NCBI RefSeq assembly: GCF_006345805.1
Contig: NC_043007.1
Coordinates: 74,772,001 to 74,836,000 of the forward strand
Length of the DNA stretch: 64,000 nucleotides
Direction: 5' to 3'
Origin: Octopus sinensis
Taxonomy: Eukaryota
The position numbers and the translations under genes were made by a program. The notes under the pieces are model-generated. The model was not told where the DNA came from. It searched no databases and saw only the letters and a program-made list of their open reading frames with translations. This document shows, in pieces, positions 27,374-41,085 of the stretch; the stretch's first letter is position 1, and every line of letters begins with the position of its first letter.

Positions 27374-27670
27374 GCATATATATATATATAATATAATATA
27401 TATATATATGTATATATGTATATATATATAATGTATATATGTATAGGAATATTATATATGTATATATATATGTATATATGTATATATGTATATATATATA
27501 TAATATAATATATATAATATATATGTATATATATGTATATAATATGTATATATATGTATATATATATTATATATATGTATATATAGTATATATATATATA
27601 TATATATATATCACAATCAAGGAATGGCCATAATAGGCCATATATATATTATGTATATATATAATATATA
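25060..27670. repeat. Region rich in (TA)n/(TATG)n microsatellites (25060-25330, 26225-26515, 27290-27670)
   Basis: Direct reading. Confidence 0.9.
26519..26925 (+). mobile_element. tRNA-derived SINE family B, full length
   Basis: GGCAGGAGTGGCTGTGTGGTAAG (A box), GGTTCAGTCCC (B box), internal (TA/TG)n, 3' half ending GACTGAAACAAGTAAAAGAG. Confidence 0.9.
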
Positions 27671-27998
27671 TAAGTGTGCGTATGTGTTAGTGTCTGTCTG
27701 TGTTTGTATCCCCACCTTCACTTGACTACCGACGTTGTTGTGTTTACATCCCCATAACATAGGTGTTTGCAAAACACACCGATAGAATAAGTACTATGCT
27801 TGCAAAGAATAAATCCTGTTGTTGATTTCTTTGGCTAAAGGTATTCCAGCATAGCCACAGTCACATGACCACATGACCAAAGCAAGTAAAACAATAAGAA
27901 ACTACGCCATTTTAATCCCTAGCAACGCCGGGTATCTCTGCTAAAATATATATATATATGTGTGTGTGTACATATATATATATATGTATACACACATG

Positions 27999-28033
<35 letters not shown>

Positions 28034-28145
28034 CACATATATATATATATATATACACACACACATATACACATATGCATATATATACACACACATATGT
28101 GTGTGTGTGCGTTTGTGTGTGTGTGTGTGTGTGTGTGTCTGTGTG

Positions 28146-29075
28146 TCTGTGTGTGTATCTGTTTTGGCATGGTTTCTACAGCTTGATTCCCTTCCTAACA
28201 CCAACCACTTAACAGAGTGTACTGGGTGCTCTTTACATGGCACCAACATCGGTGCTTCTGATGCGGCATCTACACACTGGTACACTTTACATAGCAGCAG
28301 CACCCACAAGCCCACAAATCAAAGACTTCTCAGCTGACAGAGGGACATGCCTGTATGTATTGATGGCCATGATTCGACTTAGTTTGACTTGTCTTCTCTA
28401 GCACAGCAAATCCCCAGAAATCTCAGTTGTGTTCTCCTCAGTGAGATCTAGAGTCTGAAGAGCTTTTTCTCATTGCCTTTTCCCCTTCTGCATGTTCCCT
28501 CCACAATTGAAGATTGGCACTTCTTTATGCAGCTGCCCACATCCATATGCATCATATGACCATATCAGTGCAGTCTTCTCTCTTGCACACTACATCTTAT
28601 GCCTCTTGTACCCAACTTTTCTCTTAAATCATTTACATTCAGTCATACATACACACAAGAATTACCCATCCAACAGAGCATGCTGGTTTCATTTCTTTCA
28701 AGCTTTCACAAGTTCTGAGTAGTCACATCCTATGTCTCATTACAGTGTAGCATAGCTGCTCATACACAGATGTCATACAATCTGCCTTTCACTCTGAGGA
28801 AGAGGCCCTTTTTGCCAACAAAGGTAGAAGCTCTCTGAACTTTGCCCAGCCTGTTCTTATTCTAGCAACTATGCTTTCAGAGATTCTTCCTCCACTGCTA
28901 ATTTGGTTGCATAGGTAATGAAAACTATCTACTATTTCTAAGGATCCACTTGAACATTTGAGGGAGTCTATTTTCTGCACACATTCCAAGTGTTTAATGT
29001 ACCTGCACATCTGCTGCATATAAACACTACTTTCTCTGTTAGCATTCTTATGATACCACTTCACCTCTTAAGTGT
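28146..29075 (-). mobile_element. RTE-clade LINE 3' fragment
   Basis: EIVDSFHYL...ISSGG..SESIVARIRTGWAKFRELLPLL in the minus-strand ORF, followed by the decayed C-terminus and the family 3'UTR. Confidence 0.88.
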
Positions 29076-29284
29076 CCATTGCTTGTACTAATTACACTGT
29101 ATGGAGTTTCTACCATCACCTTTTCTACATATCAAGCAGGCCTATTGCCCTAAAGGAATCAGTAATTTGTCTGTAATTCCAGACCTTGCTGACACACATA
29201 CATGAATCTGGAATGATATGTGTTAAAATTGGCCTCAGTGAATAAAGCAAATAATAATAATAATAAAATAATAATAATAATGAG

Positions 29285-29316
<32 letters not shown>

Positions 29317-29330
29317 TAATAGTAATAATG

Positions 29331-29382
<52 letters not shown>

Positions 29383-29405
29383 TAATAACAATAACAATAA
29401 CAATA

Positions 29406-29439
<34 letters not shown>

Positions 29440-29616
29440 AGGCAGATGAGTGGCTGGGTGGTAAAAAACTTTCTTCCCAATCACATGCTTCTGGGTTCAG
29501 GCCAACTGCATGACACCTTGGGCAAATGTCTTCTACTATAGCCTAGGGCTGACCAAAGCCTTGTGAGTGGATTTAGTAGACAGAAACTGAAAGAAGCCCA
29601 TCATGTATATATATAA

Positions 29617-29647
<31 letters not shown>

Positions 29648-30656
29648 TGTATGTATGTATGTATGTATGTATGTATTTGTGTGCTGTGTTTGTCCCCTCA
29701 CCATTGTTTGACAAGCAATGTTAGTGTGTTTACATCTCCATAAGTTAGCAGTTCAGCTAAAGAGACCAATAGAATAAGTACTCGGCTCACAAAGAATAAG
29801 TTCTGGAGTCGATTTGTTCGACTAAAAGTGATACTCCAGCATGGCCACAGTCATATGACTGAAACAAATAAAAGGATAAAAGAATATATGTATTCAAAAT
29901 AAGCAACAAGTATATCCACACCCCATGGATTTATATGGATAATACCATACAAAATTCTGGTGCCTTTGACTTAAGTACCATATTCATCTGAATCTATATA
30001 TATATGAGATTGCATCTATTGACATAATGTAATAGGTATGTACAATAAGTGCTTAGGTTGGTTTAATTGAACTGCAACTAAAACATAACAGAACTGGTGT
30101 TGTAGCAATGAATGACTATAAGAGGTTCCTCACTGAGTAGGTAGAAACATATATGAAAGAAAGAATGAACAAGCATAACATGTGTTATCACTTTAAAGCT
30201 AGAAATTTATAATTCAAACATAATTACAGAGTAAATAAGGGATTAAGAAGTCATGCATACATAAAGTGTTTTACAGCTGTTTCTAGAATAGTTGTGCATA
30301 TGGTACATAAGGGGCTTATTACAGTGAGCAAAGATTTCCACACAAAGGCCAACTATTCCATCTTCAGAGAGGGAGGATTCAGGAATATCCTTAATAAAGA
30401 ATATTAGTAGTTACCATTTCCATCGTCGAAAAATTCAGGAATATCCTTAGTAAAAAATATTCGTTGTTACCAGATCTATCATCAAAGTTCAACAATACCA
30501 AATGATTACCATCTAAATAGCTGTGCCCAATCACCTCATTCTGGATAATGAAATAGTTTTTTTTTCTCTCATTATAATTTTCATACTTTATTGAGATGTA
30601 AAACAATGTATGATATCAGTCATTAAGTTTCTTATTTCTTTATTTTTTTATTGCAG

Positions 30657-30758
30657 GATGTACCACCTGATATGTCAGTATGTGCCTTTGTTCTGGAACA
30701 AGCTCTCTCAGTCAGAGCTTTACAAGAGATGGTCACATCAGCTTCCCACGCTTCAAGG
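30657..30758 (+). CDS. RyR: Ryanodine receptor exon: [34 protein letters not shown]
   Basis: ttgcAG acceptor, 102 nt, AGG|gtaaat donor. Matches the RyR motif (N/D)VPPD...EQ(S/A)LSVRALQE. Confidence 0.97.
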
Positions 30759-31071
30759 GTAAATGTTTTATGCAATTTGTATTTTTAGTATTAAAACTCT
30801 TAAGACGAGTGAAAATTTCATTTAGAAAGTACAACTGGTATGGATAACCAGATTCTATACATATATACATGTGTGTGTGTTGTGTGTGTGTGTGTGTGTG
30901 GTGTGTGTGTGTGTGTGTGTGTGTAAGTAATTATTTGGACTTTGGGTATATGTCTATTAATATGCCGATTAAAGCACTTTCACTGCTTGGGCTATCTGAT
31001 GTCATCTACAGTTTTGGTATAATTTTCACTGAATCTGCATCAGGAATTCTGAAGTGTTTGTTTGGTTTATA

Positions 31072-31391
31072 ATTGATGAGGGAAACAGAAAATGGAAAAG
31101 GGGATGCCTGAACAGTGGGATTTTAAGGGAGTGTGTTACAAGACCAGACATGTTTTTCTTTATGTAGCACCATGTCAGAATCATGACACACTAGAGGAAT
31201 ATATACATTAGTCGCTTCTTCCAGGAACTACAATTTTCAGTGACTTGTTGAGGACCTATTCTCACATTCCTGAAATTGATGGTTATAATTCTGGAAATAG
31301 AATGGTGAACCACAGCATTGAATTTATTAATTTGGAAGATGGTACCCACATGCAACAAGTAGAAAAAAGAACATGGGCCTTTGTAAATTGA
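31072..31391 (+). pseudogene. Merlin / IS1016-like (IS1595 family) DDE transposase fragment
   Basis: IDE...(frameshift)QWDFKGV...*SLLPGTTIFSD...Y...VNHSIEFINLEDGTHMQQVEK.TW matches the motifs IDE, LPGTTI.SD..Y and VNHS..F....G.HTQ.IE..W. Confidence 0.8.
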
Positions 31392-32419
31392 AGGAATAAA
31401 TGATGCTGTGGGACCCATCATTCTATGGTTGAGTCATATTTCTGCAATTTATATAGCAGAGGAGATATGAAAATTGAAATTTGTTTCAGGAGAAACTCTG
31501 ACTTTCATTTGGAAGTTTTACTCAGACTTTCATTTTGGAATTTTTACTACAAAAAATGTATTAATTGTTTACATCATCATCATCATCATCATCATCGTTT
31601 AACGTCCACTTTCCATGCTAGCATGGGTTGGACGATTTGACTGAGGTTTAGCAAACCAGATGGCTGCACCAAACTCCAATCTGATCTGGCAAAGTTTCTA
31701 CTGCTGGATGTCTTTCCTAGCACCAACCACTCTGAGAGTGTTGTTTATTCTGTTTACATGAACAGAATTATTATTACAGTAGTGTAACATCCAGTTTGTT
31801 TAACACAAATTTGTATTCATAATGTTGTGCTATACAGCTATCATGCAGAAAGTACCAGCTTCCAAATCCTGTTTTCTGACTGGGTAAAAATGATCAAACT
31901 TTAATCCTCTGTAACATTTTTCTAAAATTTTTCCGGAACAAGTGAATAACAAAATCCAATGCAGCACAAAAAATTTCATCAATATATCAAATTTGAAAAT
32001 TTTCACTTAATTTAGAAATTTAAAAAACTGTGGTAGCAACAGAAAAGATCCATACTGATATTTCTGTGTATATCTTTAAATACATCTGATGATGAAAGAT
32101 TTCAGAAAAATCTATATGCCTGGGAAAAAAAAAATTTAGTATTTAATTTAATACTCACCTGGTTAAGCTTGCACTCATATTTACATTAATTCAATCATAT
32201 CACTCATTATAATCTGACCTGACACATGTCGTTTGCCTGCCTATCCCTCTGTTTGATTTGACATGTACCAGCTTGATCGATACATTACCTATAGCCAATG
32301 TTCATTTAGGCAACCACCACATCCCAGCATTTAATGTTGGAATTTAAGCAAAGATTCACCCTGAACACTAATTGCATGCACCTACCTATTATTTTATATA
32401 ATTTGATATCCTCTTATCC

Positions 32420-32471
<52 letters not shown>

Positions 32472-32906
32472 ATATATTGGTGTTAGGAAGGGCATCCAGC
32501 TGTAGAAACACTGCCAGATCAGACTGGAGCCTGGTGGCTGCCTTCTGGTTTCCCAGACCCTGGTCGAACCATCCAACCCGTGCTAGCATGGAAAACAGAC
32601 GTTAAATGATGATGATGATGAATATGAGGAAATATTATTCCAAACTTACAGGGAAAAATTCAATTTAGAAATACTAAATCAAATTTCACAAAATATAATA
32701 TACATATATATAAATTAATCTTTCTATAATATGTAATTTTCTAGTTGGTATAATTTAAATTTTCATTATTGAATTGATAGAAGGTGGGTTTTTTCTAATT
32801 TATACATATATATATATATATATATAGTGGAGGCATGTGAGTTAGTGGTTAGGGTGTTGGACTCATGATCGTAAGATTGTGATTTCGATTCCTGGACCAG
32901 GCGATG

Positions 32907-33240
32907 TCACCTTACTGACAACACACTTGTACATGGCCTGAATGGCTCTCACAAGTCATTTGTCCACCCGTAGCTCCTGAGGTGACCACCAGATAAAGAA
33001 GTGGGGTATCCTATCAAAGGCTTTCTCCATGTCAATAAATACCAAGTACAGCAATTTATTTTTAACTAAATGCTTCTCCTGCAGTTGCCTTAATAGAAAG
33101 ATAGCATCAGTAGTGCTTCTCCCAGACAAAAAAATGTCTCTTTCTATACTTTCATAATCTGGTTCAGTAGTTTGATGTCTCTGTAATTATTTTACCTAAG
33201 GCATCTCTTTTGTCCTTGTAACAGTTGACTATTATGCTGT
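32907..33240 (-). mobile_element. RTE LINE reverse transcriptase fragment
   Basis: GRSTTDAIFLLRQLQEKHLVKNKLLYLVFIDMEKAFDRIP...LVRAIQAMY. Confidence 0.85.
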
Positions 33241-34934
33241 TATATTAATCACTAGGTAAGATACCTTTCTGCACAACCTGAAACCAGAGGGTTGCAAAGC
33301 AAGCTTCTTAACCTCACAGCCATGCATTTTTAGTGTGCTGTCCATTTTTCAAGTCTTCACTAGTCCACCCAAGATTCTCACCCAAGATGAAAACCCTGGC
33401 CACTTTGAGGCAGTGAAATTTCTATTTCCACAGTAAATGTTTCCTCTAAAAGCGTACTGAGTTTTCTTTTTCTCATAGTTAGTACAACAGAGTATATTTT
33501 GCTTATTCATGTATGTATGCATGTGAGTTTCATTAATTTTATGATTCAGGTAGTAACCGTGATGTTTGGAAGACTGACATAATTTAAAGGCACTCACAAC
33601 TCTTCTCTCTTAGTCTATGCCCCACATCACTAGCGGATGTGGTCTCCAACTCAAGAGTAAATTTCCCTTCAATTTATGTATGATGACATTGTGATATGGT
33701 AATGTGAGAGAGGGAGAAAGAGAAAGAGAATGAGACGTGAAGTAGGCATGGATAAAGTGGAGAGGAAAACTGGGGTGTGAGATGATTTGAGGGTAAGAAT
33801 GGGATTATCAAACTAAGAATGGGTGAAGAAATAAAAGAAAAAAAAAGCATTCGTTTAAAGCCATCAATATTTTGATTCTGTGTTTGAATATTAAAAGGCA
33901 TTGCTTCTGTTTGTGTCATGATGTGTAAAGGTGCCACACAGAGATAAAGGAGTTATGGAATGATTCACTGTGGTGAAATGGTTGATGACAGGTTGAGCTG
34001 GCATATGCAGCAGTGAGTTTTAAATATGTTCACATAAGGGATTGGCAAGGTGGCTGCCAGTTTCCTTAGACTAGGTTTGCAGATGATACAATATAGGAAG
34101 GTAGAAGACAAGCAGCTGAAGTTTTGTGTATTGTGACATGGGTTGTAGTAATAGCATTGTTAATGTAGAGACTGGTTTTGCATGGTTGCATGCAGCACTC
34201 AGCTAGAACCTTCCCAACCACTCCAGCTCTTGGGTCTTGCTATCACAGAGGGTCCTCTCTTGGTGAAGGGACATCTTTCACAAACCTAGGTCTACATCCC
34301 AATGACTTGCTCTGTCTTCAGAGTCAGAAAGTACTTCAGCACTCTTTTTTTGCAAAATATATTGATATTCAACAAAATTCAGGTGAGATTTAAATGGAAT
34401 ATTACTTTACCCTAGGATGGCACTGTTGTTGCATGCACAGACGTCTTAAACTGCATCCAGAAAAGGGACACCTGACTGACAGTCTTAAAGTCATCAGCTG
34501 ACATGCACCTCTCCACCTCTGCCTTACAAATACACTGTGTCTTTTCGCTGTCTTTTGTGTCCCTACTATAATGGCCTCTGCTCCTCAGATCAGTTGAATT
34601 CATTCCACCTCCACTCAAGCATTTCTGTGCCTCTTATATCTTCTCTTCTCATCACCAGTGCTGTCTCCACACTCACCACCAATTGGTGCATTAGTTATTA
34701 TGCCCAGTTTTTACTTGTCAGAACATCACCCTACTGAAATTCATTCGCTGCTCAGGTCTTTCCTTCCCCACAATTATTGACAGACAAAAGTTCAAGAGGT
34801 ACCCATCTCTCTAGTCTACTGGTAGGGTGGGGAAAGGCAGGAGCATTGTCTCTTCCTCCATAACCAGAAACTAGAAATATGCATGCATGTATGTACGTAT
34901 ATATATATATGTGTGTGTGTGTGTGGCTAGAGAT

Positions 34935-34968
<34 letters not shown>

Positions 34969-35253
34969 TGAGAGAGAAATACATGCATGCATACTTACAG
35001 ATATATACATAAATATATAGATAGCTAGTTAGATAAATAGATAGACAGATATACTACAGTGTGTGTGTGTGTGTTGTGTGTGTGTGTGTGTGCGTGTGTA
35101 TTGCAGTCCAATGATGGCTTAAGTGATTGAAACTTTGAAGTTATTGTGAATAATATTCTTGTTTAAAAATAATAAATTTATACTCAAGAGTAACTCATCG
35201 GGTTAATGGAAAATTGTTTTTATTATAACTGAACATAAAAAGAAGCATTTATT

Positions 35254-35289
<36 letters not shown>

Positions 35290-35689
35290 TCCATGTACAC
35301 ATACGCATATCTATATGAAAAGAATGACAGAAATACTAAATAGGAATTGTTGTGAAGGATGGAATATCCTATGTTAGAGATGAGAATGAGGGAAAAAAGA
35401 AAAAAGAAAGCCAGCTTCCCATAGCAATTTCTCTGTACTATTTCTGTTGTTTTTTCCCTAGTAATACAAGTCTTTACAATGCCAACCATTATGAGTATCC
35501 TTGAATATAAATAGATATACATAAGCATATCTGTGTACACAAAGGGTGTAAAGAACAGCCAGCAATAAGCTGTGAGCAAGTAAGGCTTTGTAACATGTAC
35601 CTTGCTTTCATTTATTGTTTTAGGGTCCCATATAGTTTCAAGCAGATAGGGACATCCTCTCTAAGGACTTCATAAGTAGCAGACCTACA

Positions 35690-36030
35690 GGAGTAGTTAG
35701 CAATAAGAGCATTGGTGAAATAAATTATTTTAAATACTCAGAGGCTCGCCTAGAGATATTTGGCAGCTTCTGTTACCTGGATGATCTAATCAGGAGTATA
35801 TACCATGGGCATTCTGAAATTATAGAAACCAAAATTTTAAAAAGCATTAGAAAAGACTTGAGAGTTCCTGTTGCCTCTACTTGCAATAAAGGTATTTTCT
35901 CTGAAAGTGAAAGGCATATTTTCGAAGTGTGATATTTGCAGAGTAGTAAAACACATACATTGAATGGAGAAGATTTTATGAAGGCTGAAAATAAATTAGA
36001 TGCAGGTATATGGTTGTAAAATGATCTGTA
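35690..36030 (+). mobile_element. Highly decayed RTE LINE fragment
   Basis: LEIFGSFCYLDDLI...EFLLPLLAIKVFSLKVKG across frameshifts. Confidence 0.5.
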
Positions 36031-37396
36031 GACTGTTGAGAGAAATCCAATTTATTAAAAACTGTTGGTCAAAAACAAAATTGAATCAATCGTCAGTCAG
36101 ATCATATCATAAAAATGCTGGCATCACATAAAAAGCATCCCTGCTGGCACCAAGTAAATAGTGTGTGTGTGTATGAACATATACATGTATATTTTGTTGC
36201 CCATGAGATTTTTACTAATATTAGGAGGTTTTTTTTTATATCATCTTGTTTAACTGCTAATTTCTTTGTACAATAAAAACATGAACACCATTTACAAATT
36301 GATTAAATTCCATGAGATTATGAACCAGTACTGATGAAGACTGTAAAGAGACATTAAACAGAAACCACAGCATTCTTTAGACTCTCGACAAAAACATAAC
36401 ATGTGTGAAGTTATGTCGCCTTGTGTTTAGCATGTCAGACTTGCAATCATTATGTTTTGGGTTCTATTCTTGGATCAGGTGGCTCATTGTATCCTGGAAT
36501 AAAAATTTTTATTCCACACTTCTCCACTCCTATGGACTGGTGTCTCCTTCAGGCTGGGAGAATCAGCCTCACAAATCCAGATAAGCTCTATCCAAAAGTG
36601 TTAGAATTAGGATTAAGGCAGACATATAGAAAGCCAGAAGTACTCGCTGGGTTATGGTTGAGGCAGATATAAAAAGATGGAAGGGTCTGTAGTGTTGAGG
36701 CAGACTGATAGAAAATCAAGCAGTTGGCTGAATTGTTAAAGCATTAGATAAATTGCTTAGATGTAATTTTCCAGCTTTCTGTACACTGAGATCATTTTTT
36801 GCCTTTTATCCTTTTGGAGGTCAATAAATAAAACACCGGTCATGTACTGGGGTCGATTCTTTTTTTTTTTCTCAGACTTTCACTTCTGGAGATAATCAGC
36901 TGTGGTCAGACCTGAAGAGGGATGAGCTCTGTCAGGTCTAACAGTGCTCAAGACATGCTGTATGTCCTAACATCACCCCTATGACTTCATCAAAGAGTTA
37001 AGGGGACTGTCCCTAGCATGGTAGGGTGTAGATATGATATATGTGCATACTAGTGCATATATGCACATGCATCATGGTATAAACATGACATACACACACA
37101 AACATATAAAAACAAAGTAAAGTTCCTTTCCAAGTCTTGTAGACTCATAAGGGCTGGTTCCTCAGTTCCCTGGATGGGATGCCAGTCCATCACAGGATTA
37201 CTTATTTTTGCTAGCTTAGTGGACTGGAGCAACGTGAAATAAAGTGTTTTGCCCAAGAACTCAATGAGTCACCTGGTCCAGGAATTGAAACCACAACCTT
37301 ACAATCATAAATCCAACACCCTAACCACTAAGCCATATGCCTCAACCCACAGACACATAGACATATACACAGACTCATAGACATATACACACATGT

Positions 37397-37581
37397 CTCT
37401 TATATTTTCTCTTCTCATCACCAGTGCTGTCTCCACACTCACCACCAATTGGTGCATTAGTTATTATGCCCAGTTTTTACTTGTCAGAACATCACCCTAC
37501 TGAAATTCATTCGCTGCTCAGGTCTTTCCTTCCCCACAATTGTTGACAAAAGTTCAAGAGGTACCCATCTCTCTAGTCTAC
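37397..37581 (+). repeat. ~185-bp direct copy of 34631-34819
   Basis: CTCTTATAT.TTCTCTTCTCATCACCAGTG...CCCATCTCTCTAGTCTAC nearly identical at both places. Confidence 0.9.
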
Positions 37582-38466
37582 ACACATACATGCATATACA
37601 CACATGCATCATGGCATGGTATTAGCATGACATATACATGCAGACATACACACACATATATGCACATTGTAGAAAACTTAGATGAAAGGATTTATTTTAC
37701 TAAAATATAACAGTGTGGAAGCACAATGGCCTGGTGGTTAGGGCAGCGGACTCGCGGTCAGAGGATCGCGGTTTTGATTCCCAGACTGAGCGTTATGTAT
37801 GTTTATTGAGTGAAAACACCTAAAAGCTCTACAAGGCTCCGGCAGGGGGTGGTGGCGACCCCTGTGGTACTCTTTCACCATAACGTTCTCTCACTCTCTC
37901 TCTTCCTGTTTCTTGAGTAACACTGCGATGGACTGGCATCCCGTTCACCTGGGGGGAACACATATGCCACAGAAACTGGGAAACTAGGCCCATGAGCCTG
38001 GATAGGCTTGAAAAGGGCGAAAAACAAAATATAACAGTATCTTTTCCCTTTAACCTATGTTCATTCATTTAATTAATGTTGATGTAAACAACTATTACTT
38101 GGATCAATTGTAGTTTTCCATAAAACTATTTTCGATCAATTGTTTATCAATAATCAATAGTGTTCAATAAATTAACACCAAACTATAAAAAATGTAAAAA
38201 TACCTTCTGTATTTGGTTCTACTGCATATCACTTTTTGTATGTAGATTCTATATATTAGAATATACACAAATGTACATACATATGCACACACACACATAC
38301 ATATACTTCAATAGATTCAAAATATATTATACATATCTCCTTTTATATTTATTACAATACACATACACACACACATGTGTATGTGCGTGTGTCTGTTTGA
38401 CTGTGTTAGAATGGAAGGATTCAAACCTACAGTATTTTATGGTATTCAGAAATTATCATTGCTTAA

Positions 38467-38885
38467 GGCGGCGAGCTGGCAGAAACGCTAGCATTCCGGG
38501 CAAAATGCTTAGTGGTATTTCGTCTGACTTTACACTCTGAGTTCAAATTCTGTCAAGGTCGACTTTGCCTTTCATCCTTTCGGGGTCGATAAATTAAGTA
38601 CCAGTTATGCACTGGGGGTGATATAATCGACTTAATCCATTTGTCTATCCTTGTTTGTCCTCTCTGTGTTTAGCCCCTTGTGGATAGTAAAGAAACAGGT
38701 ATTTCGTCTGCCGCTACATTCTGAGTTCAAATTCCACTGAAGTTGACATTGCTTTTCATCCTTTCATGGTAGATAAATTAAGTACCAATTACGCACTGGG
38801 GTCAATGTAATCGACTTAATCCATTTGTCTGTCCTTGTTTGTCCCCTCTGTGTGTAGCCCCTTGTGGGCAATAAAGAAATAAGAA
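38467..38885 (+). mobile_element. Family A SINE with internal duplication of its body
   Basis: GTTCTGAGTTCAAATTC...AGCCCCTTGTGG block present twice. Confidence 0.88.
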
Positions 38886-39854
38886 ATTATCATTGCTAAC
38901 AGGACAAGTGGAAATTCCATGTTTGGTAAAGTTTCTTATTTTTGTGCTGAGGCTTAATTTTATACATCTTCATAACACTGCTGCCTTATGTTAAAAATTA
39001 TGTCTTAGAAGTACCTCCATAGTTAAAATTGTTGAAAGTGGACATAGGGTTATTTAGGAGCCTAAGCATACATATTAAACAGTGTTGAAAGCATAACACA
39101 CAAACTTGTATTTCAATATTAAAAACCTTGAAGGCAGCCAGCTGGTAGAACCATTAACACTCTGGCAAAAATGCTTAGTGGCATTTCATCTATCTTTACA
39201 TTCAGAGTTCAGATTCCACCAAGGCCAACTTTGCCTTTTATCCCCTTGGGGTCGATAAAATATGTACCAGTTGAGCACTGGGGTTGATGTAATCGACTAA
39301 CCCACTCATTCAAAATTGCTGGCCTTGGGCCAAAATTTGAAACCAATATTAAAAATTTGGGTTATGTCAATGGTTACGTTCCATAATTTAAAGTCGTTTG
39401 TCACTCAAACACTCAAAAATTGTGACATCAGGTATTATATATCTATATATTGATTAAAGGCTAGCAAAAAAATGATTAAGGTGTATTATTTGCAGTAGGA
39501 CGTTAAACAACAAAAAGACTGTATTTCACGGATTGTTAGCTATTGAGGGTAATGTCAAATGTTATATAAAATACTGTCATGTTGTATGTTTTTGTCCATA
39601 AAAATATATGTCATCCCGACTCATAAATAATGTGTGGTTTAACAAATAAATTTAATATCAAATATGACATGTAAGATAGAAAATTATGTAAATGTATAGG
39701 CACAGGCATGGCTGTGTGGTAAGAAGCTTGTTCCCCAACCACATGATTCCATATTCAGTCCCACTACGTGTCACCTTGGGCAACTGTCTTCTACTATAGC
39801 CTCAGGTCAGCCAAAACCTTGTGAGTGGATTTGGTAGACAGAAACTGAAAGAAG

Positions 39855-40094
39855 GCGGCGAGCTGGCAGAAATGTTAGCTTGCCGGGCGAAACACTTAGC
39901 AGTATTTCGTCTGTCTATACGTTTATACTTTCAGAGTTCGAATTCCACCGAGGTCAACTTTGCCTTTCATCCTTGCGGAGTCAATAAATTAAGTATCAGT
40001 TATGCACTGGGGTCGATGTAATTGACTTAATCCCTTTTTCTGTCCTTGTTTGTCCCCTCTATGTTTAGCCCCTTGTGGGCAATAAAGAAATAAA
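39855..40094 (+). mobile_element. Family A SINE inserted in a family B SINE with 13-bp TSD
   Basis: TSD AAACTGAAAGAAG at 39842-39854 and 40095-40107. Confidence 0.9.
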
Positions 40095-40113
40095 AAACTG
40101 AAAGAAGCTTGTA

Positions 40114-40151
<38 letters not shown>

Positions 40152-40348
40152 TATTAAATAAGAGACAAAACCACTATTATGCAAATCAAACAAAGAAAGA
40201 CTTAAGCCAATACATAAATTAATTTATATTATTTAGAAATGTAACAATTATTAATATCCACTACGATCGTTTTGTGTCTTCAGTCATCAAATCTATGAGT
40301 AGTAGACATTCATCAGGTGGTTTAAAACTCGCCAAGAATATTCTGAAA

Positions 40349-40411
40349 CCACCTGATGAATGTCTACTACTCATAGATTTGATGACTGAAGACACGAAAC
40401 GATCGTAGTGG
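40349..40411 (+). ncRNA. Type I hammerhead ribozyme-like motif (copy 1), sense to RyR
   Basis: CCAC-CTGATGA-ATGTCT...AGACAC-GAA-ACGATCGT-A-GTGG: stem I CCAC/GTGG, core CUGAUGA and GAAA, palindromic stem III ACGAUCGU, GUA cleavage triplet. A.C instead of G-C at the base of stem II. Confidence 0.75.
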
Positions 40412-40597
40412 ATATTAATAATTGTTACATTTCTAAATAATATAAATTAATTTATGTATTGGCTTAAGTCTTTCTTTGTTTGATTTGCATAATAGTGGTT
40501 TTGTCTCTAATTTAATATAATATAATATTTTACTATAAAATTGGATTCAATCCTAAATCTGATTTTTCCCTGTAAGTTTGGATTTATTCCCTAATAT

Positions 40598-40642
<45 letters not shown>

Positions 40643-40836
40643 TAAATAAGAGACAAAACCACTATTATGCAAATCAAACAAAGAAAGACTTAAGCCAATA
40701 CATAAATTAATTTATATTATTTAGAAATGTAACAATTATTAATATCCACTACGATCGTTTTGTGTCTTCAGTCATCAAATCTATGAGTAGTAGACATTCA
40801 TCAGGTGGTTTAAAACTCGCCAAGAATATTCTGAAA

Positions 40837-40899
40837 CCACCTGATGAATGTCTACTACTCATAGATTTGATGACTGAAGACACGAAACGATCGTAGTGG
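40837..40899 (+). ncRNA. Type I hammerhead ribozyme-like motif (copy 2), identical to copy 1
   Basis: Same sequence 488 bp downstream. Confidence 0.75.
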
Positions 40900-41085
40900 A
40901 TATTAATAATTGTTACATTTCTAAATAATATAAATTAATTTATGTATTGGCTTAAGTCTTTCTTTGTTTGATTTGCATAATAGTGGTTTTGTCTCTAATT
41001 TAATATAATATAATATTTCACTATAAAATTGGATTCAATCCTAAATCTGATTTTTCCCTGTAAGTTTGGATTTATTCCCTAATAT

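Noticed and set aside
31072-31084. 13-nt match (ATTGATGAGGGAA) to the reverse complement of the first RyR exon, a possible editing-complementary sequence
   Set aside because: Short, 17.7 kb away and explained as part of the Merlin IDE motif. Likely chance.
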